A stretch of 64,000 nucleotides of DNA from Oligoflexia bacterium (GTDB lineage Bacteria; Bdellovibrionota; UBA1018). Positions 47,968 to 56,866 of this stretch are shown piece by piece; the stretch's first letter is position 1; every line of letters begins with the position of its first letter. The notes under the pieces are model-generated. The model was not told the origin of the DNA. It made no database searches and worked only from the letters and a program-made list of their open reading frames with translations. The stretch spans positions 992,001-1,056,000 of the forward strand of contig CAVWVI010000004.1 in assembly GCA_963758495.1 (NCBI GenBank), in the 5' to 3' direction. A program made the translations under genes and the position numbers.

Positions 47968-49254
47968 ATGTCTATAAACAAAAAAAAGAATCATACCGGA
48001 GTGAGTGGCCAATCCTTAATCAGCGTGATGATCGCGCTGGGAATCACCACCATGATTGCATTAGCGATTACTCAACTCACGACAAGTGGCGGCAAGGCCC
48101 AAAAAAACCTTCAAACTTTAGGTGAATTTTCAAACCTCATGTCCTTGGTTCAAGCCATGCAAGCAGATCCAACAACCTGCACTAGCATGTTGACTGGGAC
48201 AACATCGGACCCCACTCCTTTACTCCCGCAGAATGGAAGCTCAACCTCTCTCAATGGACTCAAACTTCCGAACGGGTCCTGGCTTTTTCAAAATGACCAA
48301 TCCAGAGCCGGACTCTTTACCCTTTCATCCATCACACTCGCCATTGTTCCGGGCACGAATTGTTTACCTAACACGACTTGCCAGGCAGCCTTAACGGTAC
48401 AAGCTACGAAAAGTGCTGCGGGCACCAGTCTGTCTTATGGAAATAATTCGATCACAAAAACCGTTAATCTCACTGTAGTTGTAGATAATACCAATCATAT
48501 TCAAAAATGCGGACAAGCGACAGCTCCACCTACATTAGGACAGGTCATCATCATCCCAGCCGGTACCTCCAATGGCTTTCTCAATACTTATGGAACTTCA
48601 GTCACTGCTACCGTTCAAGTCCAAGCTGCAGGAGGAGGTGGCTCCCAAGGTGGGGGGGCCTGCCAAGGAAATAATCCAGGATATAAGGGAGGCGATGGCG
48701 CATTTTACCAAGGCCAAATCAATTTGCTGCCCGGAGATGGAATTCAAGTGCAAGTGGGAACCGGGGGGATCATGGGATGGAATTCAGTGGCTCAATGGGG
48801 AGAAGATGCTCGAATTTGGATCACCTCAAATAGCAGCATTATCGAAACAATCATAGTGGAAGCTGGAAAGGCTTATGGGGGTTACTCTGAATATAATCAA
48901 AATAGTAATCCCTATGTTTTTTCCCGCGCACCCATCTATTGGCACTGTCCAAATTGGACTGGAATCACCAATCCTTGCTCAGACGGTTCTAATATAACTC
49001 CTACAGTCATTCATTCTCCAGCTACCACACCGAGTGACCGCGAATCCTCACCCGTTGTGAATTCAGGGACGGTATGTGTCCCTATGGGTGTCAGCGGCGA
49101 TCCCTTTCCCCACCCCGAATCGTATTATAATTTAAATCTTGTCAACACTTACGGCCTAGGTTCCTTCGGCTATGGAGGACTGGCCGGATGGGGTGGAACA
49201 AATCATATCCAAAGCAACGGGCAAGATGGAGTTGCGATTCTAAAACTGAACTGA
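47968..49254 (+). CDS. Prepilin-like protein with C-terminal glycine-rich domain
   Basis: G|QSLISVMIALG hydrophobic start; QAAGGGG, GGDG, VQVGTGG, GYGG, GQDGVAIL pattern. Confidence 0.7.
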   Translation: MSINKKKNHTGVSGQSLISVMIALGITTMIALAITQLTTSGGKAQKNLQTLGEFSNLMSLVQAMQADPTTCTSMLTGTTSDPTPLLPQNGSSTSLNGLKLPNGSWLFQNDQSRAGLFTLSSITLAIVPGTNCLPNTTCQAALTVQATKSAAGTSLSYGNNSITKTVNLTVVVDNTNHIQKCGQATAPPTLGQVIIIPAGTSNGFLNTYGTSVTATVQVQAAGGGGSQGGGACQGNNPGYKGGDGAFYQGQINLLPGDGIQVQVGTGGIMGWNSVAQWGEDARIWITSNSSIIETIIVEAGKAYGGYSEYNQNSNPYVFSRAPIYWHCPNWTGITNPCSDGSNITPTVIHSPATTPSDRESSPVVNSGTVCVPMGVSGDPFPHPESYYNLNLVNTYGLGSFGYGGLAGWGGTNHIQSNGQDGVAILKLN

Positions 49255-49461
49255 GCGGAAATTAATAGATCGAGGCTCCTTACTTATACTGATGTAAGTG
49301 GGCAAGTAATTTGGGCTCAAAATTCACTTAAATGAAGTAGTTCTTTAGAAAATAGGTTACGTTTTAGGGATTTCTCCCTTAGGGAGAATTATTTAGACTC
49401 GGCTTTGTTTTTGTATTGTATCTCTTCCAATTTCTAATAAATAGAAATAGAATGAAATAGA

Positions 49462-50350
49462 ATGCAACGACAAAAAACCTCTCTGAGTCCACTTGAAGCA
49501 CGCTTTTTTTCCTGGGTCCAAACCATGGGAATTGAAATCGTTCGAACTCGAGACTTGATGAAGGCCCTCGGATTTTCTCCTCAACAAGAGGCCCATGTTT
49601 TAACAGCTCTGAGCCAGTCAGGAATGATTGTTCAAGCACTTTTTAAATCTAAAGACCATCCCTTGGTCTTTAAGGGCGGTACTGCCCTCAACAAAATTCA
49701 TGCTGGATTTTATCGATTAAGTAAAGATCTGGATTTTTCTATCTCTGTTCATCCTAAAGCGTCGAGAACTGTCAGGAGCAATGCAGCTAAACCACTTAAA
49801 GCTTTTGTAGATCGCCTTCCAAAATTTATTCCAGACTTAGCTGTCGAAAAGGCTCTTATAGGATCAAATGGGTCGGCCCAATATAACGCAGAATTTTCTT
49901 ATCAATCGACCGTGGCCCCCTTTCCTGGAAAAATTCAGTTTGAAATTGGACTAATGGATTAGCTCATACTCTGGTTCAAAATCCATTTAGGTCGGAGCCC
50001 CTCCTGCCTAGTTTTGAAGTGATCTGCCTCTCCAGGGATGAGGCCTATGCAGAAAAACTACGTGCGGCGCTTTCACGACGGACACCTGCGATTCGGGATC
50101 TATTCGACTTAGATTATGGGATTAGGACTGCAAAGCTCTATCCAGAGAGCCAGAACTTGCTTGCATTGGTAAGACAGAAGCTTACTGTTCCAGGTAACGG
50201 AATGATTGATCTGTCTGAATTAAGAAAGAGCTACGAGGTCAGATTGAAGCGGCCTTAAGGCCAGTACTGCGGCCGGTGGATTATGATGATTTTGATTTTG
50301 ACCTGGCTTGGAAAAGGTTGGAAGAAATTGGCAGGATAGTGCAAGAATGA
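49462..50350 (+). pseudogene. Decayed type IV TA (AbiEi N-terminus fused to AbiEii nucleotidyltransferase)
   Basis: FKGGTAL, YRLS.DLDFS, AEKLRA, IRDLFDL motifs broken by a stop at 49960 and frameshifts; first ~57 aa resemble an AbiEi-type wHTH. Confidence 0.75.
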
Positions 50351-50522
50351 ATAAAGTATAGCGTCTCAGTTAGCTGATAATGCATGCTGATGAGTGGATA
50401 CTTCGTCACTCCATAGACGGAGGAGGTCCTTTTTTTGTCTAAATTCTTAAAAAATCGAGAAGCCCGGCTCAACCTCACTCGATGGTAATGCTGCCGGTAA
50501 CCGATATCTAATCCATCCCGAA

Positions 50523-51011
50523 CTACGGATAGATACTCTCTCCATATTCTAGGTTAAATCTCCTTCGGTCAACGTAGACTAGTTTATTGCCTTTAACCGA
50601 AAAAACAAGTGCATATCGATTGTCGATATTATTGCCTCCGTCCCAAGTTGCTATCCCAATTTCAGGAAAACCATCGTTGTTGATATCAGCCACGTACCTT
50701 TTGGGTTTAATTGGAACGAAAAAAGCCCAATCCCAAAGTCGGTCAAACTCTTCTTCAAATTCTTTTTTCCAAAGGATGTTTTTGTGAGTGTCGGTACCTT
50801 TCTCTATTGTAAGAAGCTGCCGATGATCTCCAATTCTCTTCAAATGAAGGCTCCGACCATCTGGCAGATTAAGGTCAACGTCGTCTACAGGCATTTCACC
50901 GTTAGCTGCAAGACATTCAGCGCTAAGGAGTAAGAGAACTACAATAAAGACATTCAGTGAAGAGAAGAGACTATCTTGACTTGTTGTAAAGTTCCAAAAT
51001 TTTTTTTGCAT
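50523..51011 (-). CDS. Secreted hypothetical protein (FG-GAP-like D-x-N-x-D-G loop)
   Basis: Signal-like VFIVVLLLLSAECLA; ADINNDGFPEI; overlaps the end of the SLT gene; start uncertain. Confidence 0.6.
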   Translation of the reverse strand: MQKKFWNFTTSQDSLFSSLNVFIVVLLLLSAECLAANGEMPVDDVDLNLPDGRSLHLKRIGDHRQLLTIEKGTDTHKNILWKKEFEEEFDRLWDWAFFVPIKPKRYVADINNDGFPEIGIATWDGGNNIDNRYALVFSVKGNKLVYVDRRRFNLEYGESIYP

Positions 51012-51651
51012 ATTGGGCTCCCTCTTCGTCCCACGAATGATAATTTTTGAGCATATTTTTGATACTTTTTTCGGCAGCTTTTGGAATTTTAGAGTATTTG
51101 TGAGCCAACCAGCGAATTCCGGTACCAATGTTTGCGACAGGATCTGAAATATCTCCTTCAGTTACGCTAATGAGATTTGATCTTGCTTCCTGCCAGCCTT
51201 TTGAATCAGATACGCCCGCAAGTACACGTCGTGCCTGACTTGTTATCTGCATCAGCCCGTGAGCAGTGCTTTTTTTCGATTTTGTGTGAATCTCCGGTTC
51301 AAAACGCGACTCAACCGCAATCAATGCCTTTATAATAAGGGGGTCAATATTTGGAAATGAAAGATCCTGATTTTTCCAATACTCTAACCAAAATTGAATT
51401 GCCGTATCGAAATCTACACCTTTGTCTTTGAAGCCTGCGATTGATTTGAGTGGTGGATACTTTTTCTTTGACTGCCAGTAGAGATACAATAAATTTTCTT
51501 TTAAGAGCCCTGCTCCAAATCTTATCCTCCGACGACGATGAGCCTCTACCCACGTTCGTGCGCCAGAATGGCAAACTCGCTCATGGCCCTTAACGGCATA
51601 GTATCCTGGAGGACATATTTCCGACGAATTCGGTTTATTTAACATGTACAA
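50971..51651 (-). CDS. SLT-domain lytic transglycosylase-like protein
   Basis: ALIAVESRF (catalytic ES), AHGLMQI, NI..GIRWL; N-terminal CPPGYY.V.GH; no signal peptide. Confidence 0.8.
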   Translation of the reverse strand: MYMLNKPNSSEICPPGYYAVKGHERVCHSGARTWVEAHRRRRIRFGAGLLKENLLYLYWQSKKKYPPLKSIAGFKDKGVDFDTAIQFWLEYWKNQDLSFPNIDPLIIKALIAVESRFEPEIHTKSKKSTAHGLMQITSQARRVLAGVSDSKGWQEARSNLISVTEGDISDPVANIGTGIRWLAHKYSKIPKAAEKSIKNMLKNYHSWDEEGAQYAKKILELYNKSR

Positions 51652-51675
51652 TCACTCATAGCGGATGCAATCAGG

Positions 51676-51771
51676 CTACTGTAGCTTCTGTAGCTTCTGT
51701 AGCTTCTGTAGCTTCTGTAGCTTCTGAAGTTCTTTCCCTGCTTGTTTGCTGATAATGACCTTGAGGATCAT
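51676..51771 (-). pseudogene. RelE-like toxin N-terminal stub ending in a 9-nt tandem repeat
   Basis: MILKVIISKQAGKELQ(KLQ)5*; CTGTAGCTT x5 at 51679-51723. Confidence 0.5.
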
Positions 51772-52080
51772 TCCTATTTGTAAAGCTATTAAAAGTACAG
51801 GTCAAGAAATGCTTGCGCTACTCTGTGTTCCGGCATTTTTTCAAAATGACCATTAAGCTTGAGTATCATTTCCTCTGCGTAGGCTGCCACGATCCGAACC
51901 CCATACTTCAGGGGCTTATATCATAGGGGAATTGCTGGCCATCACCAGAAATGGTTGAATTTCTTTGTGATTTTGTAAGTTCGTGTCTGAATCACAGCAT
52001 TAGAAATCAAGGACTTTACAAGAAATGCCGATTATTGTACAATTAGTACATAAAGTACGGAACGTACAATTGAGGTCAAT

Positions 52081-52335
52081 ATGAATAATCTATCTGCTGC
52101 CAAAATGAGAAGTGACTTTGCCGAAGTAGTTAACCGAGTGGCTTTTGGAAAAGAGAGAGTTATCATTACTCGTCGAGGAAAGAATCTAGCTGCTGTAGTT
52201 CCTGTAGAAGACCTGGAATTGTTACAGGAGATTGAAAATAAAATGGACCTCTCTGAAGCACGCGAAGCCCTTAAAGAGACAAAAACAAAGGGAACCAAGG
52301 CTTGGACGAAACTTAAAAATGAAATGGGCCTATAA
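52081..52335 (+). CDS. Phd/YefM family antitoxin
   Basis: FAEVVNRV..GKERVIITRRGK..AAVVP.EDL. Confidence 0.92.
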   Translation: MNNLSAAKMRSDFAEVVNRVAFGKERVIITRRGKNLAAVVPVEDLELLQEIENKMDLSEAREALKETKTKGTKAWTKLKNEMGL

Positions 52336-52343
52336 GCACTCCC

Positions 52344-52604
52344 ATGGCTTATACTATTGTATTTGCACCTAGAGCAGAAAAAGATTTTAAAAAATTAGAT
52401 AAGCCTATTCAAAAGCAATTACGTCCAAAAATTGATGCTCTTGCCAAAAACCCTAGACATCATGGAGCTGAAAAGCTCGCAGGAGAAGATGACCTGTATC
52501 GAATTAGATCCGGTGATTATCGCATTGTCTATCAAATCCAAGATAAGCAACTGGTAGTACTCTTAGTCAAAATAGGACATAGGCGAGAAATTTACCAAAG
52601 GTAA
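52344..52604 (+). CDS. RelE/ParE family toxin
   Basis: AEKDFKKL, KL.G, YRIRSGDYRIVY, IGHRREIY. Confidence 0.93.
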   Translation: MAYTIVFAPRAEKDFKKLDKPIQKQLRPKIDALAKNPRHHGAEKLAGEDDLYRIRSGDYRIVYQIQDKQLVVLLVKIGHRREIYQR

Positions 52605-52620
52605 TCCAGCCTGAAGAATA

Positions 52621-52827
52621 ATGAAAAGATCTATAGAACTTAATGAAGATAAAGTGAAATTAGCAAAGAAGCTTTCTGGTGCTTCTACTTTAAAAGATCT
52701 CTTGGATAAGGCCTTAGATGCTTATATTGCAAGAGCTAGGAGACTCTCTATGGCGAACATGCTGGGAAGTGGTTTTTTTAAAGGCGATCTTAATAAAATG
52801 AGGAAATCGCGTGGCCATTCTCGATGA
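52621..52827 (+). CDS. VapB-like antitoxin (DUF2191 type), orphan
   Basis: MKRSIEL, T.KDL.DKAL, F.GDL..MR; cognate vapC reduced to about 5 codons (GTG 52811). Confidence 0.7.
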   Translation: MKRSIELNEDKVKLAKKLSGASTLKDLLDKALDAYIARARRLSMANMLGSGFFKGDLNKMRKSRGHSR

Positions 52828-52836
52828 AATATTCAA

Positions 52837-53613
52837 CTAGTGGGTCAGATGGCTCGGGGATGGCCATTGAAGCAGGCAACCCTTCGAGCGGCTTCTACTG
52901 ATCGGCAATTTCGAAGTGGCACCAGAACCTGATAAAGCATGACGGCGTTCTCGGGATCGTTGTCTTCGGATTGCTCTTTTTCCGCCCCAAACAAATGGAG
53001 TAGGATTGTGGTTCCAGGCATGCGCCACTTGTTCAAAGTAATCGATCAAATCCTGAGGACTTTTTGGAATTGCTCCAGCTAAAGCACGGGCTTTCAGTAT
53101 ATTCTGAATTGATTCAGCCATATTCAGCCAGGACCCACTAATCGGCGTGTAGATGGGCATGACTCCATGGTAGACCCACCAGAGAACCATTTCCGGTGTT
53201 TTGTGGCCTGAGAGATTATCCAGAATCAGTAATATCCGAAGAGGCGGTAGTTTCTCAGGTAGAGTAAACTTGATTTGAAGTCCGTCTTGCCAGCGCTCCC
53301 AGATCGCATTGCGCTGGATTTGGGACATGTGTTGTTGCTTTTTTTGTTCAGGAGTAACAGGAGAGTGCTTAAGAATTGCCGTGAATTGCGTCTTCATCCA
53401 GGGATGCATTACTGCATTGGTGCAGCTTTCCACTCCCTTAATTCTTATTTTCCCATCTTGAGGATGAAACAAAGTCAACACCTTTGCCGTTCCACCTCGG
53501 ATATATTCATGAGGAATTCTGGCTGGATGGGACTCCAATTGCCAGCTGCGGCCAGGTTGTGGGATCGCTTGAAAAGGGCCAGCCTCATCTTCACACCACA
53601 AATCTAAGCCCAA
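52837..53613 (-). CDS. IS630 transposase, catalytic DDE part (orfB)
   Basis: CEDEAG, ILDNLSGH, YTP..GSWLNMAE. Confidence 0.9.
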   Translation of the reverse strand: MGLDLWCEDEAGPFQAIPQPGRSWQLESHPARIPHEYIRGGTAKVLTLFHPQDGKIRIKGVESCTNAVMHPWMKTQFTAILKHSPVTPEQKKQQHMSQIQRNAIWERWQDGLQIKFTLPEKLPPLRILLILDNLSGHKTPEMVLWWVYHGVMPIYTPISGSWLNMAESIQNILKARALAGAIPKSPQDLIDYFEQVAHAWNHNPTPFVWGGKRAIRRQRSRERRHALSGSGATSKLPISRSRSKGCLLQWPSPSHLTH

Positions 53614-54194
53614 CTTACTGGCTTCCGAGTACGCCGTCTCGATAATTTTTTTTTAGCAACTCGATCAATATCTTTAACTTCAACAGGGCCGTCTTTGTGC
53701 ATCCGCATTGTTTTACCAGTATCTACCCAAGTTCTATTATGCTGCCAAGAATATCCATTCTCGTGAAGAGTTTTCCAAATAATGGAAGTACTCACAACTA
53801 ATTGATCTCTTCTTTTGAGTGCCACTTGAAGAGTATTTAAGGACCAGGTCGCAGTCCCATCTTGCTCTCTATCTGGAGGAGTTTTAAATCGCTTCAAAAT
53901 CTTTTCTTGTTCAGACGCTCCATACTGAATAGGATTCCCACCTCCATGGCGGAGATTGAGCGCCGTCATTCCCATTCGATTAAAGCGAAAGACCAGGTAA
54001 GAGACGGCGTCATTCGATCTCCTTCCTGCTGCTTGTGCAGCCTCGGAGTAAGAAAGTCCCGCCTCCACTGCCAAGAGTTCTTTAGCCCACGCAACTCGAT
54101 AAGCGGGTTCTGCCGAAGAGTGGGTCAAATGCTCTAGAGCTTGATGTTCTTTTTGTGTTAGGGTTCGAAGTGCTTCTTTTCTAGCAGCAGCCAT
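53604..54194 (-). CDS. IS630 transposase, HTH part (orfA)
   Basis: HTH regions, DGTATWSL; A9 run (53646-53654) links to orfB by -1 shift. Confidence 0.88.
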   Translation of the reverse strand: MAAARKEALRTLTQKEHQALEHLTHSSAEPAYRVAWAKELLAVEAGLSYSEAAQAAGRRSNDAVSYLVFRFNRMGMTALNLRHGGGNPIQYGASEQEKILKRFKTPPDREQDGTATWSLNTLQVALKRRDQLVVSTSIIWKTLHENGYSWQHNRTWVDTGKTMRMHKDGPVEVKDIDRVAKKKLSRRRTRKPVSWA

Positions 54195-54303
54195 GATTGA
54201 ATTCCCTCCATGACTGACTAGGATTGCCTTTTCAGTGCCAATCCTTTCTGCTCGCTTTTAGAATCAGACAACAAAATTGGCCATCCCCGAGCCATCTGAC
54301 CCA

Positions 54304-55443
54304 CTAGCTCTCCAACGACTCAAGCCACTTACTCGCCTGAAGAATTTGAATGTTCTTTCGACTCTGCTCTCGATGTAAATTACGCACGAGCTGAATGCTA
54401 TGGAGAGGTTGAATTCGGTCAGTGAAATATTGCAAATGCGGAGATATTTCTCCGTCAGAAAGCTTAGTTTCAATAAGATATTCAACGGTTTTATTTCGAA
54501 TCGTTAGAAAATCGACTTCTTTTTTTTCTTTATCTTTTAGATAATGAAGGTGAAGCGTCTCGCCTTTGCAATCCTCTAAATAATGCTGACGTTTTAACAA
54601 TGAACAGGCGACTAAGTTTTCAAACCGTGCCCCTGGATCAGGCTTAACTCTTCCGGTATCAAAAAAATAGATCTTGGGTTCCTTTAATATCGACCTCGCA
54701 ATATTCTTAGAATAGGGGGTCACTACAAAAATGACGAAAAGATTTTCCAGAACCTGAACCCACTTTTTTATAGTATGAGGAGAGACTTCAATGTCTTTTG
54801 CAAGTGAAGCATAAGAAACCGTACTGCCCACTCTTTCGCTCAAAAGATCAACCAAGATTTCTAGCTGTTTTAATTCTCGCACTTTTTCAAGATCCAAAAG
54901 ATCTTCCCGCAAAATCCGATCTAGATGACTTTTTCTCCATCGATTTGCCTCAATTTCTGATTGGCTTAAAAAAGGCTCCGGAAATCCTCCACGTTGAAGC
55001 AAAAGAGAAAGAACTTCTTCAGACGGTAAGTGACCCTTCATCTCAGCAACACTCAAAGGGTGAAGCCTATAGAGATGATGACGACCCGCAAGAGAATCAC
55101 CCCCCCTTCGAAATATATCTAAACGCGCAGATCCAGTGGCTAGCAACCGGGGTGGGATTTTTTCTGTGTCATAGATTCCTTTGATCCATCTTTTCCAAAC
55201 CTTCATCTTGTGAATTTCATCAAAGATGACCAAGTCTCGATTGCGACTCCACCCTTCTGCCAAGATAATGGAGCGGTCTTGTTTACGATCAAAATTAAGA
55301 TATTCGAAATTTTCAGGAAACAGCCTCTGAGATAGATAAGTTTTGCCTACCTGCCTAGGACCTGAAAGCAGGACAATCTTCTTGCTCAAGTCCAACTTAA
55401 GCTGGCCTGTAATAGTTCTTTCTATTGTTTCCAAATGAACCAT
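54304..55443 (-). CDS. AAA_14 ATPase with DUF4143-like C-terminal domain
   Basis: GPRQVGKT, IFDEIHK, TGSA, SLAGR, GGFPE, KIYFFDTG, EVDF, IETK; ATG 55443. Confidence 0.9.
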   Translation of the reverse strand: MVHLETIERTITGQLKLDLSKKIVLLSGPRQVGKTYLSQRLFPENFEYLNFDRKQDRSIILAEGWSRNRDLVIFDEIHKMKVWKRWIKGIYDTEKIPPRLLATGSARLDIFRRGGDSLAGRHHLYRLHPLSVAEMKGHLPSEEVLSLLLQRGGFPEPFLSQSEIEANRWRKSHLDRILREDLLDLEKVRELKQLEILVDLLSERVGSTVSYASLAKDIEVSPHTIKKWVQVLENLFVIFVVTPYSKNIARSILKEPKIYFFDTGRVKPDPGARFENLVACSLLKRQHYLEDCKGETLHLHYLKDKEKKEVDFLTIRNKTVEYLIETKLSDGEISPHLQYFTDRIQPLHSIQLVRNLHREQSRKNIQILQASKWLESLES

Positions 55444-55446
55444 ATT

Positions 55447-55508
55447 GACTAAAATGCACTCAATTGCAAAAAAGTCACGACTAAAATGCATTAGGCTGCA
55501 TTTTGGTC
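55447..55508. promoter_or_regulatory. Double palindromic operator-like array upstream of the ATPase
   Basis: GACTAAAATGCA at 55447 and 55479; inverted copies at 55465 (degenerate) and 55497; 32-nt period. Confidence 0.6.
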
Positions 55509-55526
55509 AAACGGCCCAAACTCTTC

Positions 55527-56471
55527 TTATGGAATAGTTTGTACAAACTGCTTTCGCGCGATCAAAATATCTTTGGCAATTTGCTCTTTCAGTTCTTCTA
55601 CGCCAGAAAACTTCTTCTCATCGCGCAATCGAGACAGGAACTCCACTTCCATTGTGGTTCCGTACAAATCGATTGTGGTATCTAATAAATGAGTTTCAAC
55701 TAATGCTGGGAGCTCATGCCCTTCTAACTGAAAGGTGGGGCGCACACCCACATTGGTCACACTTGGGTAGTGCTTACCTGCTAGGACTGCGAAACTTGCA
55801 TAAACTCCATAAGGAAGAGTGAGCTTATTCTCAATTTTCAAATTAGCCGTAGGAAATCCAATCTTTCTACCTCTACCCTCGCCTTTTATGACGACGCCTC
55901 GGTAGAAAAATCTGCGCCCTAATAACAGATGCGCTTCGTGCAGCTTGCCTGCAAGTAAATGCTGTCGAATCTTCGAACTAGAAACGACTTCACCCTGAAC
56001 TCTTTGAGGCTCAACCACAATGAGTTCAACACGTGCATTTTTACAAAAGGTTGCCATCGCCTCTAAATGCCCATGGCGCTCTTTTCCAAATCCAAAATCA
56101 TAACCGACTACAATCACTTCCGCACTCAACTGCCTCATGAGTACATCATTGAAAAACTGCTCAGGCTCAATGGTCGAGAATTCGCGACTAAAGGGTTCTT
56201 CTACAGTAATATCCACGCCTAGTCGTTCCAGAATATCTAATTTTTCATCATAAGTAGAGAGCAGCTGAAGCGAATTGGCCGGTCTAAGGGCCGCTTGAGG
56301 ATGAGGTCGAAAGGTATAAGCCACACACTGACCTTGCCGCATTCGGGCTTTCTCTATGGCTAGCTGAATGATTTTCTGATGCCCTAAATGGACTCCATCG
56401 AAATTACCAATAGTTACAACAGGGTTAGAAACAGAATGAGATAAAGATTGAATGCCTCTCACTCGCTCCAT
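55527..56471 (-). CDS. ribF: Riboflavin kinase / FAD synthetase
   Basis: TIGNFDGVHLGH, VSSS.IR, GFPTAN, NVGVRPT, ETHL, LRDEKKF. Confidence 0.97.
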   Translation of the reverse strand: MERVRGIQSLSHSVSNPVVTIGNFDGVHLGHQKIIQLAIEKARMRQGQCVAYTFRPHPQAALRPANSLQLLSTYDEKLDILERLGVDITVEEPFSREFSTIEPEQFFNDVLMRQLSAEVIVVGYDFGFGKERHGHLEAMATFCKNARVELIVVEPQRVQGEVVSSSKIRQHLLAGKLHEAHLLLGRRFFYRGVVIKGEGRGRKIGFPTANLKIENKLTLPYGVYASFAVLAGKHYPSVTNVGVRPTFQLEGHELPALVETHLLDTTIDLYGTTMEVEFLSRLRDEKKFSGVEELKEQIAKDILIARKQFVQTIP

Positions 56472-56476
56472 AGAGA

Positions 56477-56866
56477 TTAACCTTGAAGTTGTTTGACCGG
56501 AGGTACAGCCGGTTTTGGAGCAGGTTTAAAAGTATACCCGCACGTATCAATTTCTGCATCCTGTGCATCAAAAGGGTAGTTACGACAATTAGCGGGCCGC
56601 AGATCACCATACACACGGCAATAAGGTAAATTCTGATTATCACGCCCTAAAAAGGGGCACTTATAAATCAACTCACAGCACAAACCACAACGATGACATT
56701 CCCCTTCGCGGGTTTCCTCAATCGCCTTTTTGATATATTCGGGCTTGAAAGTGCCTAAATAAAATCTCCTCATCTTGCGCAAAACCTGCCCCAAAAGGGA
56801 TCTTTCAATGATCTTTCGCTGGTACCATGTCTGAACTGCTTGGCTTAAACTCATTTGAGTACACAT
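56477..56866 (-). CDS. YkgJ-like CxxCxxCC cysteine-cluster protein
   Basis: CHRCGLCC, CPFL, CRVY..RP.NC.NYP. Confidence 0.75.
   Translation of the reverse strand: MCTQMSLSQAVQTWYQRKIIERSLLGQVLRKMRRFYLGTFKPEYIKKAIEETREGECHRCGLCCELIYKCPFLGRDNQNLPYCRVYGDLRPANCRNYPFDAQDAEIDTCGYTFKPAPKPAVPPVKQLQG

Larger units (their letters stand above)
52837..54307 (-). mobile_element. Complete IS630-family insertion sequence
   Basis: Perfect 30-nt inverted repeats including flanking CTAG (52837-52866 / 54278-54307); two-ORF transposase. Confidence 0.92.

Noticed and set aside
45969..49254. Shufflon
   Set aside because: No repeated sfx-like sites, inverted partial C-terminal cassettes or Rci-like recombinase seen
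50360..50520. Possible second AbiEi-like remnant on the minus strand (YRLP...STHQHALS)
   Set aside because: Interrupted by stops and too short to support by eye
52811..52840. vapC disrupted by IS630 insertion
   Set aside because: No vapC continuation on the far side of the IS; the empty site joins directly to the ATPase stop, so vapC loss is a separate deletion
54221..54244. GG-N10-GC sigma-54-like motif inside IS630
   Set aside because: Poor -12 context and part of a small dyad within the IS end; likely chance
45850..55500. Prophage or integron
   Set aside because: No integrase, structural phage genes or recognisable attC repeats; fibre-like repeats and SLT alone are insufficient
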